NCBI GenBank assembly: GCA_937138395.1
Contig: CAKZPB010000137.1
Location: 13,355 to 77,354, forward strand
Source: an uncultured Pseudomonadota bacterium
GTDB lineage: Bacteria > Pseudomonadota > Gammaproteobacteria > Xanthomonadales > Wenzhouxiangellaceae
Reading direction: 5' to 3'
DNA: 64,000 nucleotides
Shown: positions 9,882 through 18,740 of the stretch, one piece after another
Position numbering within the stretch: position 1 is the stretch's first letter
How the letters are laid out: each line of letters opens with the position of its first letter
Program-made: the position numbers and the translations under genes
The notes under the pieces: generated by a model
What the model saw: only the letters and a program-made list of their open reading frames with translations
Databases searched by the model: none
Told to the model about the DNA's origin: nothing

Positions 9882-9973
9882 AGTATCTTGAGGACGCCAA
9901 TAGGGTTCTCATTGACCTGGCCGGATTGGCCGGCAGGTTTAGACCAATCTATTGCTCAAAGGAGAATAGTGCA

Positions 9974-10438
9974 ATGAATACATTTGACTTAACCCCTCTT
10001 TATCGTACGGCGATCGGTTATGACCGTCTGGCTGACATGCTGACTCGCGCCTCACGCGCTGATGGCGGCAATGGCTATCCGCCGTATAACATCGAAGCGG
10101 TAGGCGATGACGACTATCGCATAACGATGGCCGTTGCTGGTTTTGCCGAAAACGAGCTGAATATCGTTTCCGAGCAGAATACGCTGACCGTTTCCGGTGC
10201 TCAGAAACCGTCTGACGACAACGAGCATCAATTCCTGTACCGCGGTATCGCGACACGATCGTTTGAGCGGCGTTTCCAGCTCGCAGATCATGTACGAGTC
10301 GAACATGCATCACTGGAAAATGGCTTGCTACATATCGAATTGCGTCGTGAGTTGCCAGAGCAAATGAAGCCACGGACTATTTCCATCAACGGCAAGGAAT
10401 CGTTGATCGAATCGCAGGAAAAATCGAAAGCAGCCTGA
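9974..10438 (+). CDS. ibpA: Small heat shock protein IbpA/Hsp20 family
   Basis: MNTFDLTPLYRTAIGYDRLADML...YPPYNIE...ENGLLHIEL is typical of IbpA. AAGGAG Shine-Dalgarno sequence 8 nt upstream. Start taken at the internal Met of ORF 9926..10438. Confidence 0.92.
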   Translation: MNTFDLTPLYRTAIGYDRLADMLTRASRADGGNGYPPYNIEAVGDDDYRITMAVAGFAENELNIVSEQNTLTVSGAQKPSDDNEHQFLYRGIATRSFERRFQLADHVRVEHASLENGLLHIELRRELPEQMKPRTISINGKESLIESQEKSKAA

Positions 10439-10460
10439 TTAATCGCTGTCGTTTCGAATC

Positions 10461-10487
10461 AAAGGGGCGTCCTTGGGGGCGCCCTTT
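10461..10487. terminator. Hairpin between convergent ibpA and the 204-aa gene (possible bidirectional terminator)
   Basis: Stem AAGGGGCG/CGCCCTTT (10462-10469 / 10480-10487, one G-T pair), with A-rich and T-rich flanks. Confidence 0.45.
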
Positions 10488-11102
10488 CTATTTACGTCGT
10501 TGAAAAAGATATTCCTGCATACCATTGCCAAGCAGACGGCTTCGATCAACCTTGAAATTAGTCATCCATTTTTCCAGGAATTTCGGTGAATAGCGTGGTG
10601 CCTTGATGGTTGGTCCGTTGTCCGTTCCAAGTGTGACATTAAATGAATCCCTGATCGAAAAACGTGCCGGCTTTGCGGGCATTTCCGGCTTGGCTGAATA
10701 AATCAGCGCGTGCATTCTGGCGTTGCGGGCAGCCGTGTCTGCCAGCACTGCATCCAGCAATTGAATCTGATTACTGTCAAAGAAATTGACAAAATCCCAA
10801 GTCAGAATCAGATCAAATTGTTGAGCCGAATGTCGGGGAATTGCATTTTGCAATCGATCGACCAGCTGAACGTTCTTCAGGTCCGATGTGCCGATGTCCA
10901 TAACCCGAAGCTTTCCGCCAAACCGCTGCATTCGACCGACCAGGTGCGGTTGAACCACGCCAAAATCCAATATGGCGTGAGGGCTTGCATCGGCTTTTTC
11001 GAACCACCCACGCAATAACGGAAGATCAAAGCGGGCTGGACCGGTCTGATCGGACGTCGTGGTTTCAACTCGGGCATGCACGGGCACTGGGCTCAGCTTC
11101 AA
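10488..11102 (-). CDS. Hypothetical protein, class I methyltransferase-like fold with a degenerate SAM motif
   Basis: 204-aa ORF (TTG start; start uncertain), 21 nt downstream of the bactofilin gene. ILDFGVVQP, KLRVMDIG and FDLILTWDFVNFF resemble methyltransferase motifs I-III, but GxGxG is absent. Confidence 0.5.
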   Translation of the reverse strand: MKLSPVPVHARVETTTSDQTGPARFDLPLLRGWFEKADASPHAILDFGVVQPHLVGRMQRFGGKLRVMDIGTSDLKNVQLVDRLQNAIPRHSAQQFDLILTWDFVNFFDSNQIQLLDAVLADTAARNARMHALIYSAKPEMPAKPARFSIRDSFNVTLGTDNGPTIKAPRYSPKFLEKWMTNFKVDRSRLLGNGMQEYLFQRRK

Positions 11103-11123
11103 TCAGTGATTTACAGCGATGCT

Positions 11124-11699
11124 TCAGGCAGCTCCGCTGATCTCCTTGCTCGATGCGGATTGCTTGACATCCGTACTGGACGCAGGCTTGCTGTCGACAT
11201 CGCTTTTACCAGGTTTGTTGTTCGCCGAGGCCTTGTTGATATTCGCCGGATGATTGAATGTGTTGCGAAATTTTTCCGACTCGGTATCCATGTCGATCGA
11301 GCCGCGAAAGCGAGCGCCGTCCTGAAGACTGATTCGAGGCGCAAGAAGATTACCTTCAACGCGCGCCGACTGGCTGATGTTGATTTGCTCGGAGGCCACG
11401 ACGTCCCCATTGACTTCGCCATTGATCTGAACAACGTGGGCAAAGATTTCCGCCTTGACCTTGCCATTATTGCCGATCGTCAGCGTGTGGCTCTTTAAAT
11501 TGACTACGCCATCGACATGACCTTCAATAACCAGATTTTCTTCTCCTTGAACTTCCCCTTTGATGTGGACCGATGCGCCAATGGTTGCCGTCGGCCCCTG
11601 ACTACTGGAGCGACCGGCTGGTTGTGAAGGCTGAGGCGGGCTTGCGGGCGCATTGCTTGGATCTTGATCCTGCTCGATCTGGTCTCGTTTGTTGAACAT
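11124..11699 (-). CDS. Bactofilin (polymer-forming cytoskeletal protein, DUF583)
   Basis: Beta-helical repeat core (VHIKGEVQGEENLVIEGHVDGVV...INGEVNGDVVA...VEGNLLAPRISLQDGARFRGSIDM) with Pro/Ser-rich N- and C-terminal tails. GGAG Shine-Dalgarno sequence upstream. Confidence 0.85.
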   Translation of the reverse strand: MFNKRDQIEQDQDPSNAPASPPQPSQPAGRSSSQGPTATIGASVHIKGEVQGEENLVIEGHVDGVVNLKSHTLTIGNNGKVKAEIFAHVVQINGEVNGDVVASEQINISQSARVEGNLLAPRISLQDGARFRGSIDMDTESEKFRNTFNHPANINKASANNKPGKSDVDSKPASSTDVKQSASSKEISGAA

Positions 11700-11889
11700 G
11701 GGGAAACTCCATCATGCTGGTTGGGGAGTCCTGAAAGTACCGTTGATCAGGTTAAGCACCGGTTAAGGGTCCTTGTTCTCGGTGCCCGAGCATCGGTCTT
11801 TAAGCGGCTGCATCATTCCCGAACAGGTCGAGCGAGAGCATTGTTGCTGTGATCAGTGCCGCAAAGTGTTGAACAGAAAGCAGGTCTGG

Positions 11890-13065
11890 TCACTGATGAA
11901 TCGCGCTGGCCACAACCTCGATCGCCTGGTCCAACTGTTTTTTCGGCGTGTAGAAATTCGGCGATAAACGAAGCCACTGGCCCCGTTGCGCGCACTGCAT
12001 TCCGGCTTCCGTGAAAACACTGAATAATCGAGAAGAGGGGATCTTCGAGTGACGGAAACTGGCGATTCCAGCATGCCGCTGTCGTTCGGCGGGTGTGACC
12101 AACTGGATGCCGTCCATCCGCCTCAGGGCCTGCTGCAGATAAGCGCAATTGTCGAGCAGCTGCCTTGACGAGCGTTCCACGCTGATCTCGAGCAATAATT
12201 GAACGGCCGCTTGCAGCCCGTGGATACCGGCCATATTCAGCGTGCCGGGTTCAAACCGACGGGCGGTGTCTGGTGCCTGCCAGCTTGTTCGCTCGAAATT
12301 GAACGGGTCGTGCCACATACGCCAGCCCACCTGTGCAGGGCGAAGGCCGGCGCGCGCCCCGGCGCTTGACCAGAATACTGCGAGCCCTTCGGGTGCCATC
12401 AGCCATTTATGGCTACCCGCAACCAGAAAGTCGATGGGTGACTGCTTTACATCGATCGGCAACGCACCCAACTGCTGGATGGCGTCGACCACGAACACGC
12501 TGCCGTGATGCCTGCAGGCATGGCCAATCCGGTCAATGTCGAGTCTCATGCCGCTGTCATACCGCACTGCACTGACTGCCACCAGCCGTACCCGTTCGTC
12601 GATCACGTCAATCAGCGCCTGTTCCGGGTCCGGCAGGGGCAGACCCTGCGGATCGTGCAGGTCAACCTGTCGAACTTCTACGCCCAATCGACTCAGGCTG
12701 GTCCAGGGCAGTACGTTACTGGGGAAATCCTTGGCGCAGCAAACCACCACGTCACCCGGCTGCCAAGTCAATCCATTTGCAATCAGATTCAGGCCATCCG
12801 AGGTATTCTTGACCAGGGCGATATCGTCCGGTGATTCTGCGTTCAGCAACTGGCTGAGCTGCGTTCGTAACTGCTGCTCGATATCCAGCCACCGTTGATA
12901 TTCAACCGGTCCATTCAGCGCATTGTGCTGGACATACCCGCGCATGGCTTCGATCACCGGTTTTGGCCAGGGGCCGATCGCCGCGTGGTTCAACCAGGCA
13001 GGTCGCCGAATGGCCGGAAACAGGTCTTCATTCTCAAACGGGTTTTGCGTAAACGAATTCGACAT
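11890..13065 (-). CDS. Aminotransferase class V-fold PLP enzyme (cysteine desulfurase / SufS-CsdA-like)
   Basis: PLP-lysine context AGSHKWLMAPEG, plus FVVDAIQQLG. Start set at the Met giving MSNSFTQNPF (13065), to avoid overlap with dinB. Confidence 0.8.
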   Translation of the reverse strand: MSNSFTQNPFENEDLFPAIRRPAWLNHAAIGPWPKPVIEAMRGYVQHNALNGPVEYQRWLDIEQQLRTQLSQLLNAESPDDIALVKNTSDGLNLIANGLTWQPGDVVVCCAKDFPSNVLPWTSLSRLGVEVRQVDLHDPQGLPLPDPEQALIDVIDERVRLVAVSAVRYDSGMRLDIDRIGHACRHHGSVFVVDAIQQLGALPIDVKQSPIDFLVAGSHKWLMAPEGLAVFWSSAGARAGLRPAQVGWRMWHDPFNFERTSWQAPDTARRFEPGTLNMAGIHGLQAAVQLLLEISVERSSRQLLDNCAYLQQALRRMDGIQLVTPAERQRHAGIASFRHSKIPSSRLFSVFTEAGMQCAQRGQWLRLSPNFYTPKKQLDQAIEVVASAIHQ

Positions 13066-13087
13066 GCAACCATCAACCTCAAAAACC

Positions 13088-14143
13088 ATGCGCGCCATTA
13101 TGCATGTAGACATGGACGCATTCTTTGCCAGCGTCGAACAACGTGATCATCCCGATCTGCGTGGTCGCCCGGTTGTCGTTGGCGGCAGCAGTCAGCGTGG
13201 TGTGGTGGCAGCTGCCAGTTATGAAGCCCGTAAATTCGGCATTCGCTCGGCCATGCCGGCAGCTGTAGCGCGGAAACTGTGCCCGGAGGCCATATTTGTC
13301 AAAGGGCGACATGCGCATTATCGAGCCGTATCCGCTGGGGTATTTGAATGTTTTGCCCGCATCACAGACTGCATTGAGGGTATCAGCATTGACGAAGCCT
13401 ATCTCGACCTGAGTCAACAGGTACACACACAGGCCGATATGCTTGCCATCGGCCGGCAATTGAAGCAAACCATCTCCAGCGAGTTGGGTCTCAGTGCCTC
13501 GGTCGGAATGGCCGGCAGCAAGCTGGTGGCCAAGCTGGCTTCTGATTACGACAAGCCAGATGGCTTGATCTGGATTCCTGATGAAGCGGTACAGCGCTTT
13601 CTGGATCCGATGCCGGTCAGTCGATTGCCAGGCGTGGGCCCCAGCACTGCGAGCAAGCTGCATGATATTGGCATTCTGACCATCGGCCAGCTGCGCCTGT
13701 CACCGCTGGAACTGCTGACGCCGGCATTGGGCAATCATGCTGTGGCCTATCAGGCACGCGCTGCCGGTCTGGATGACCGTGCCGTCAAGTCCGAGCGAAA
13801 ACGGCGTTCGATCAGCCAGGAAACAACGCTCAATGAAGAGCTTCACACGTTGGACGACATCGAACGGATCATTCATCAGCAGGCCGGGCAGTGCGCCGAG
13901 CGATTGCTGCAGAAGGGCCTGTTTGCCAGAACGGTCCATCTGAAGCTGCGATCAGCAGGTTTTTCTACGCTAACGCGCAGCCGCACGCTGGACGCTGCCA
14001 TGCGTGACCCGGAGCGAATCACGAAACCGGTCATCGAACTCGCCCGCGCATGGGCCCGATATCAGACCCGGATCAGCGTTCGGTTGATCGGTGTTGGTGT
14101 ATCAGGACTGGTTCAGCATCCGGATCGGGATGATCTGCTGTAG
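13088..14143 (+). CDS. dinB: DNA polymerase IV (Y-family)
   Basis: MRAIMHVDMDAFFASVEQRD, SIDEAYLD and LPGVGPSTASKL. Start chosen to match the canonical DinB N-terminus. Confidence 0.93.
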   Translation: MRAIMHVDMDAFFASVEQRDHPDLRGRPVVVGGSSQRGVVAAASYEARKFGIRSAMPAAVARKLCPEAIFVKGRHAHYRAVSAGVFECFARITDCIEGISIDEAYLDLSQQVHTQADMLAIGRQLKQTISSELGLSASVGMAGSKLVAKLASDYDKPDGLIWIPDEAVQRFLDPMPVSRLPGVGPSTASKLHDIGILTIGQLRLSPLELLTPALGNHAVAYQARAAGLDDRAVKSERKRRSISQETTLNEELHTLDDIERIIHQQAGQCAERLLQKGLFARTVHLKLRSAGFSTLTRSRTLDAAMRDPERITKPVIELARAWARYQTRISVRLIGVGVSGLVQHPDRDDLL

Positions 14144-14164
14144 CCGATCCTTTGATCGGTGTAC

Positions 14165-14186
14165 AAAAAAACCGGCACGGGGCCGG
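14165..14186 (-). terminator. Intrinsic terminator of fadD
   Basis: On the minus strand: CCGGC-CCCGT-GCCGG followed by TTTTTTT (plus-strand A-run 14165-14171; stem 14172-14176 / 14182-14186). Confidence 0.6.
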
Positions 14187-14211
14187 GTCAAATCAAGCTT
14201 GAATGGATGCT

Positions 14212-15906
14212 TCAGGAGCTTTTCGCTTCACCAAACTGATCGCGTAGCTCGCGTCTGAGGATCTTGCCGACGTTGGTTTTCGGCAGCTCATCGACAAACT
14301 CGATGTAGCGGGGCACCTTGTAGCCGGTCAATTCTTCCTTGCAGTGAGCGCGGAGTTCATCGACCGTCAACGAATCGTCCTTGCGAACGACAACGGCTTT
14401 CACCAGTTCGCCGGATTTGGCGTCCTCGACGCCGATAGCACCCACTTCGAGCACTTTTGGATGAGCTGCAATGACGTCCTCGATCTCATTCGGATACACG
14501 TTGAAACCGGACACCAGGATCATGTCTTTCTTGCGGTCAACAATGAAGAAATACCCTTTTTCATCGCGCGCAGCCATGTCGCCGGTTTTTAACCAGCCGT
14601 CACTATCCATAACCTTGGCCGTCTCTTCAGGACGCTGCCAGTAGCCTTTCATGACTTGCGGGCCACGAATGCAGAGTTCCCCTGGCTCACCAACCGCTAC
14701 ATCGTTGCCTTCACCGTCCACCACCCGGCATTCGGTCGAGGGGATGGGCAGTCCGATGGCACCGTTGTAGTCTTTCAAATCCATTGGATTGATGCAGGCT
14801 GCAGGCGAAGTTTCAGTCAGACCGTAGGCTTCGACCAGCGTCACGCCCGTCACCTCTTTCCACTTTTCAGCGACTGCGCGCTGCACGGCCATGCCGCCGC
14901 CCAGCGTAAATCGTAGATTGCTGAAATCCACTTCATCAAAGCCGGCGGTGTTCAACAAGCCGTTGAACAGGGTATTGACCCCGGTAATCGCGGTGAACCT
15001 CGTACCTTTCAGGGTCTTGACGAATCCCGGCATATCGCGCGGGTTGGTAATCAGGACGTTGCGGCCGCCAAATTTGATGAATACCAGGCAGTTCGCGGTC
15101 AAGGCAAAGATGTGATACAGCGGTAGCGCCGTGATAATCACTTCCTGACCGTAGTCGATGTTGTTACCCAGCCAGGCTGCCGATTGTTGAACGTTGGCCA
15201 CAATGTTTCCGTGCGTCAGCATTGCGCCTTTTGAAACGCCGGTTGTTCCTCCTGTGTATTGCAGGAAGGCGATGTCATCGTGGCCCATGTCCGAACTTTC
15301 AAGCGACTTGCTGGCGCCGGCCGACAGCGCGGCACTGAAGCGCATCGAGCCATCAATTGAAAACGCTGGCACTTCTTTTTTGACGTGACGGAGCACGAAA
15401 TTGATCAGTGAGCCCTTCGGAAATCCAAGCATGTCGCCAACGCCGGTGACGAACACATGCTCAACCGGACTATCGCCGATCACGCTTTGCAGCGTATGAG
15501 CAAAATTCTCCAGCACGATGATGGCTTTCGCGCCGGAATCATTCAACTGGTGCTTCAATTCTCGCGCGGTGTAGAGCGGATTGGTATTGACCACAACCAG
15601 ACCGGCGCGCAGGATGCCGAACAGGGCAATCGGATATTGAAGCAGGTTGGGCAACATGATAGCGACACGATCGCCGCGCTCCAGGCCCAGTGACTGGAGG
15701 TATGCACCGAAAGCCCGGCTTTGTTGCTCGAGCTCTCGGTAAGTGATGGATTTGCCGAAATTAACGTAGGCTTCCTTATCGGCGAATCGCTCGCAGCTCT
15801 GATCAAAAATATCGACGACTGAAGAAAATTCTGAAAGATCGATTTCAGATGGAACGCCGGCAGGATATTGATCCAGCCAGCACTTTTCGATAGCGTGCTC
15901 TGTCAT
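14212..15906 (-). CDS. fadD: Long-chain-fatty-acid--CoA ligase
   Basis: AMP-binding motif LQYTGGTTGVSKGAMLTH, plus GWLKTGD and PKTNVGKILRREL. 564 aa, typical of FadD. Confidence 0.92.
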   Translation of the reverse strand: MTEHAIEKCWLDQYPAGVPSEIDLSEFSSVVDIFDQSCERFADKEAYVNFGKSITYRELEQQSRAFGAYLQSLGLERGDRVAIMLPNLLQYPIALFGILRAGLVVVNTNPLYTARELKHQLNDSGAKAIIVLENFAHTLQSVIGDSPVEHVFVTGVGDMLGFPKGSLINFVLRHVKKEVPAFSIDGSMRFSAALSAGASKSLESSDMGHDDIAFLQYTGGTTGVSKGAMLTHGNIVANVQQSAAWLGNNIDYGQEVIITALPLYHIFALTANCLVFIKFGGRNVLITNPRDMPGFVKTLKGTRFTAITGVNTLFNGLLNTAGFDEVDFSNLRFTLGGGMAVQRAVAEKWKEVTGVTLVEAYGLTETSPAACINPMDLKDYNGAIGLPIPSTECRVVDGEGNDVAVGEPGELCIRGPQVMKGYWQRPEETAKVMDSDGWLKTGDMAARDEKGYFFIVDRKKDMILVSGFNVYPNEIEDVIAAHPKVLEVGAIGVEDAKSGELVKAVVVRKDDSLTVDELRAHCKEELTGYKVPRYIEFVDELPKTNVGKILRRELRDQFGEAKSS

Positions 15907-16107
15907 TTGATATGTTCTCGTTATTTGAATTGGTCTACCCGATTACTAGATTGGCACAGCTTGAATCGCGGCACAAGACTTTAGGTGGTTTTTCGGCTAA
16001 AAACCCTGAAAAATATGGGGTTTGTTGAATTCTCTGTTCCCGTATAGTATGTGTCTTGAGCAAGTCGTGAAGTTAACAAAAACCAAAACTATCCACCGGG
16101 GAAATCG

Positions 16108-18033
16108 ATGGGTGAACAGAATGTATTGCCGAATACCGATGTAGAAGCGCGCAGGGCGTTCATGAAGGCCCTGCTGAACGAGGTTCGGGCAATGGAGCAT
16201 ATGCTTGCCAACGGCATGTTCGAATCGGATATCCGCAGGATTGGCGCTGAACAGGAAATGTTCCTGACCGATCGTGCCTATCGCCCTGCGCTGACTGCCA
16301 TGCAGGTACTGGATCGAATTGAAGACCCTCGCTTTACTCACGAATTGGGTCTGTTCAATATGGAAGCGAACTTATCGCCACTGGAACTGGGCGGCGACTG
16401 CCTGCGGAAGCTTGAACAAGAAACCGAGGAAGTGTTGGCCATCGCGCGCCAGCAGGCGGACCAGGTCGACACGAAGATTGCACTGGTCGGCATTCTCCCG
16501 ACCCTGACGCGTGAGCATTTATCGCTGGACGCCATTGTGCCTAAAGCACGTTATTACGCGCTGAATGATGCGTTGAAGCATCTTCGAGGCTCGGATTTCA
16601 AGATTTCGATCAAGGGCATCGATCAACTGGATTTTCAGCACGATAACCTGATGCTGGAGGCTTGCAATACCAGCTTCCAGGTGCATTTCCAGGTCGGTGC
16701 CGATGAGTTTGCCTCGCTCTACAACATCGCCCAGGCCGTGACCGGTCCGCTGCTGGCATCGTGTGTCAATTCACCCATACTGCTCGGCAAACGATTGTGG
16801 CATGAAAGCCGAATTGCCGTGTTCGAGCGTTCGATTGATGCGCGTTCCGATGCACACGCGGCGCGCGGGCTGAAGCCACGTGTCCATTTTGGCGATCACT
16901 GGATCGAAGATTCAGTCATTGAAATCTTCAAGGAGGACATTGCACGTTTTCGGGTCATTCTGACGACCGAATTCGAGAACGACCCGATCGGTATGGCCGA
17001 ACGCGGTGAAATTCCAAAGCTCAAGGCCCTATGCCTGCACAACGGCACGGTGTACCGCTGGAACCGGGCCTGTTACGGGATTTCTGACACCGGCAAGCCA
17101 CACCTGCGGATTGAAAACCGCGTCATTCCCTCGGGCCCGACGGTGTTGGACGAGATCGCCAACGCCGCGTTTTTCTTCGGCATGATGTCCAAGCTGTCGC
17201 ACCATATCGACGACATCCGGGATCACATGTCCTTTGCTGATGTAAAAAGCAATTTTCTGTCGGCTGCTCGCGATGGACTCAAGGCACAGCAAATCTGGTT
17301 GGATGAAAAGCAGATGCCGGCCCAGGAATTGATTCTGGATATTCTGCTGCCGCTGGCGCGCGAAGGACTGCAGGAATGCAATATCGACTCACAGGACATC
17401 GATCGCTACCTTGGCGTAATACAGAACCGCGTTGAGCAGCGTCGGACTGGAGCCCGTTGGCAGCTTGAGTCACTGGAAAAAATGAAAGGCGAGGGCACGC
17501 CCCACGAGAAGCTGCGTGAACTGACCGGGAGCATGGTGCAGCAGCAGGAATCAGGCAAGTCTGTGGCCGAGTGGACATTGGCTGAATTTTCCGGCAGCCA
17601 GGATTGGCGCGAGAGTTATCGGACGGTTGGCCAGTTCATGGCGACTGACCTGTTTACCGTGCGCCCGGATGATATTGTCGATTTCGCCGCCAGCCTGATG
17701 GAGTGGCGCTATGTGCGGCACGTACCGGTGGAGGATGATTCCGGCCGATTACTCGGCCTGGTCAGTCACCGCCAGCTGCTGCGCTTGGTTGCTCGAGGTC
17801 TGACCAAGGATGCCGAACCCGTCATGGTTCGCGACATCATGCGGCCCGAGCCAATCTCGGTTTCGCCGGACAGCAGCACGGTCGAGGCCATCCGCTTGAT
17901 GCGAAAGAACAAGCTGAGTTGTCTGCCGGTCACCGAGGATGACAAGCTGGTCGGCTTGATCACCGAGTACGACCTGATCACCGTTGCATCGAAGCTGCTC
18001 GAGGAAGTATTGGATGATCGCCCGGCTGAATAG
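16108..18033 (+). CDS. Glutamate-cysteine-ligase family 2 (GCS2/YbdK-like carboxylate-amine ligase) domain fused to a C-terminal CBS pair
   Basis: RIGAEQEMFL, SFQVHFQVG and ASCVNSPILLGKRLWHESRIAVFE resemble GCS2 motifs. The last ~130 aa form two CBS motifs (VGQFMATDLFTV... and VRDIMRPEPISV...LPVTEDDKLVGLITEYDL). Confidence 0.7.
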   Translation: MGEQNVLPNTDVEARRAFMKALLNEVRAMEHMLANGMFESDIRRIGAEQEMFLTDRAYRPALTAMQVLDRIEDPRFTHELGLFNMEANLSPLELGGDCLRKLEQETEEVLAIARQQADQVDTKIALVGILPTLTREHLSLDAIVPKARYYALNDALKHLRGSDFKISIKGIDQLDFQHDNLMLEACNTSFQVHFQVGADEFASLYNIAQAVTGPLLASCVNSPILLGKRLWHESRIAVFERSIDARSDAHAARGLKPRVHFGDHWIEDSVIEIFKEDIARFRVILTTEFENDPIGMAERGEIPKLKALCLHNGTVYRWNRACYGISDTGKPHLRIENRVIPSGPTVLDEIANAAFFFGMMSKLSHHIDDIRDHMSFADVKSNFLSAARDGLKAQQIWLDEKQMPAQELILDILLPLAREGLQECNIDSQDIDRYLGVIQNRVEQRRTGARWQLESLEKMKGEGTPHEKLRELTGSMVQQQESGKSVAEWTLAEFSGSQDWRESYRTVGQFMATDLFTVRPDDIVDFAASLMEWRYVRHVPVEDDSGRLLGLVSHRQLLRLVARGLTKDAEPVMVRDIMRPEPISVSPDSSTVEAIRLMRKNKLSCLPVTEDDKLVGLITEYDLITVASKLLEEVLDDRPAE

Positions 18034-18472
18034 CGCTGTATCACTAAGCGCTGTACTACTAGTGGCCACGCTGGTTCTGGCGTCGGCCTGCAGTGCACCG
18101 ACCGATGACGAGCAGCAGATTCGCGATCATCTCGACGCAATGAGCCTGGCGCTGGAGGAAGACCATGTGCGCGACTTCATGCGCCCGATTGCCGAAGACT
18201 TCATTGCCGGTACCGGTAGCCTGAACCGTAATGCGCTGATGCTGCTGGTGAGACGCGAGCGCATGGCGCGCGAAGAGGTCCGCATTCAGCGCATGAATAC
18301 CCGGGTTGAACTGGTCAGCAGCGATCGGGCAACCGCGACTTTCCAGGCCATCGGCACCGGTGGCACAGGCCTCATCCCGGATGAAGGCCAACTCTGGAAC
18401 GTCGAAACCGGCTGGCGCAAACAGGAGGACGACTGGCAGATGATTTCAGCGCGCTGGGAGCGCGCGCTCTAA
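18014..18472 (+). CDS. Hypothetical lipoprotein (NTF2/DUF4440-like, tentative)
   Basis: Start taken at MIARLNSAV...LVLASACSAP (lipobox LASAC). Overlaps the upstream gene by 20 nt. The fold assignment is only a guess. Confidence 0.6.
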   Translation: MIARLNSAVSLSAVLLVATLVLASACSAPTDDEQQIRDHLDAMSLALEEDHVRDFMRPIAEDFIAGTGSLNRNALMLLVRRERMAREEVRIQRMNTRVELVSSDRATATFQAIGTGGTGLIPDEGQLWNVETGWRKQEDDWQMISARWERAL

Positions 18473-18539
18473 CGCCTGGCCCTTTTTTCAAGTCATTGCA
18501 CCGATTACCATTCCAATTGATTTCAACCAGCATTCAGTA

Positions 18540-18740
18540 GCCCTGCCGATATTCCGAACGGAGTGAAACGGAGATCCGGAATCGGGTAACGCCACCGCTA
18601 ACCCAGGAAACAAGACCGCCAGGCGAGATTCCGGGTTCCGGCGATGCCGGCCCCGGAATGACGGAGGGGGCTTGCTGAGGGCGGTATCCGATTCCATGTC
18701 CAATTGCAATCCGGTCTTGCCCCTCCGCTCCGACGGGCAA
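18540..18740. ncRNA. Candidate structured RNA or palindromic element in the lhr upstream gap (family unknown)
   Basis: Sits in a 450-bp gap with no credible ORF. Nested hairpin 18628-18635/18652-18659 with inner stem 18638-18642/18646-18650. A 16-position long-range helix 18578-18593/18680-18695 (14 Watson-Crick pairs, 1 G-U). Additional 8-bp complementarities are present. Confidence 0.3.

Noticed and set aside
12923-13087. Upstream extension of the dinB ORF, and 13066-13113 extension of the aminotransferase ORF, which would make the two divergent genes overlap
   Set aside because: The conserved N-termini (MRAIMHVDMDAFF for DinB, MSNSFTQNPF for the aminotransferase) give non-overlapping divergent genes about 22 bp apart.
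15928-15944. FadR-box-like sequence AATTGGTCTACCCGATT upstream of fadD
   Set aside because: Only the TGGTC core and a few flanking positions match the E. coli FadR consensus as I recall it. That is too weak to call, and the presence of FadR in this lineage is unknown.
18540-18740. Assigning the structured element to a known family (6S RNA, cobalamin riboswitch, RNase P, tmRNA, SRP, CsrB/Rsm-like)
   Set aside because: Only a 13-nt resemblance to E. coli 6S (CCCUG..CCGAUAUU) was seen, and the distance between the putative closing segments is too long for a typical 6S. The B12 box, RNase P conserved regions, the tmRNA tag, the SRP GGAA motif and a GacA box were not found. The family is left unassigned.
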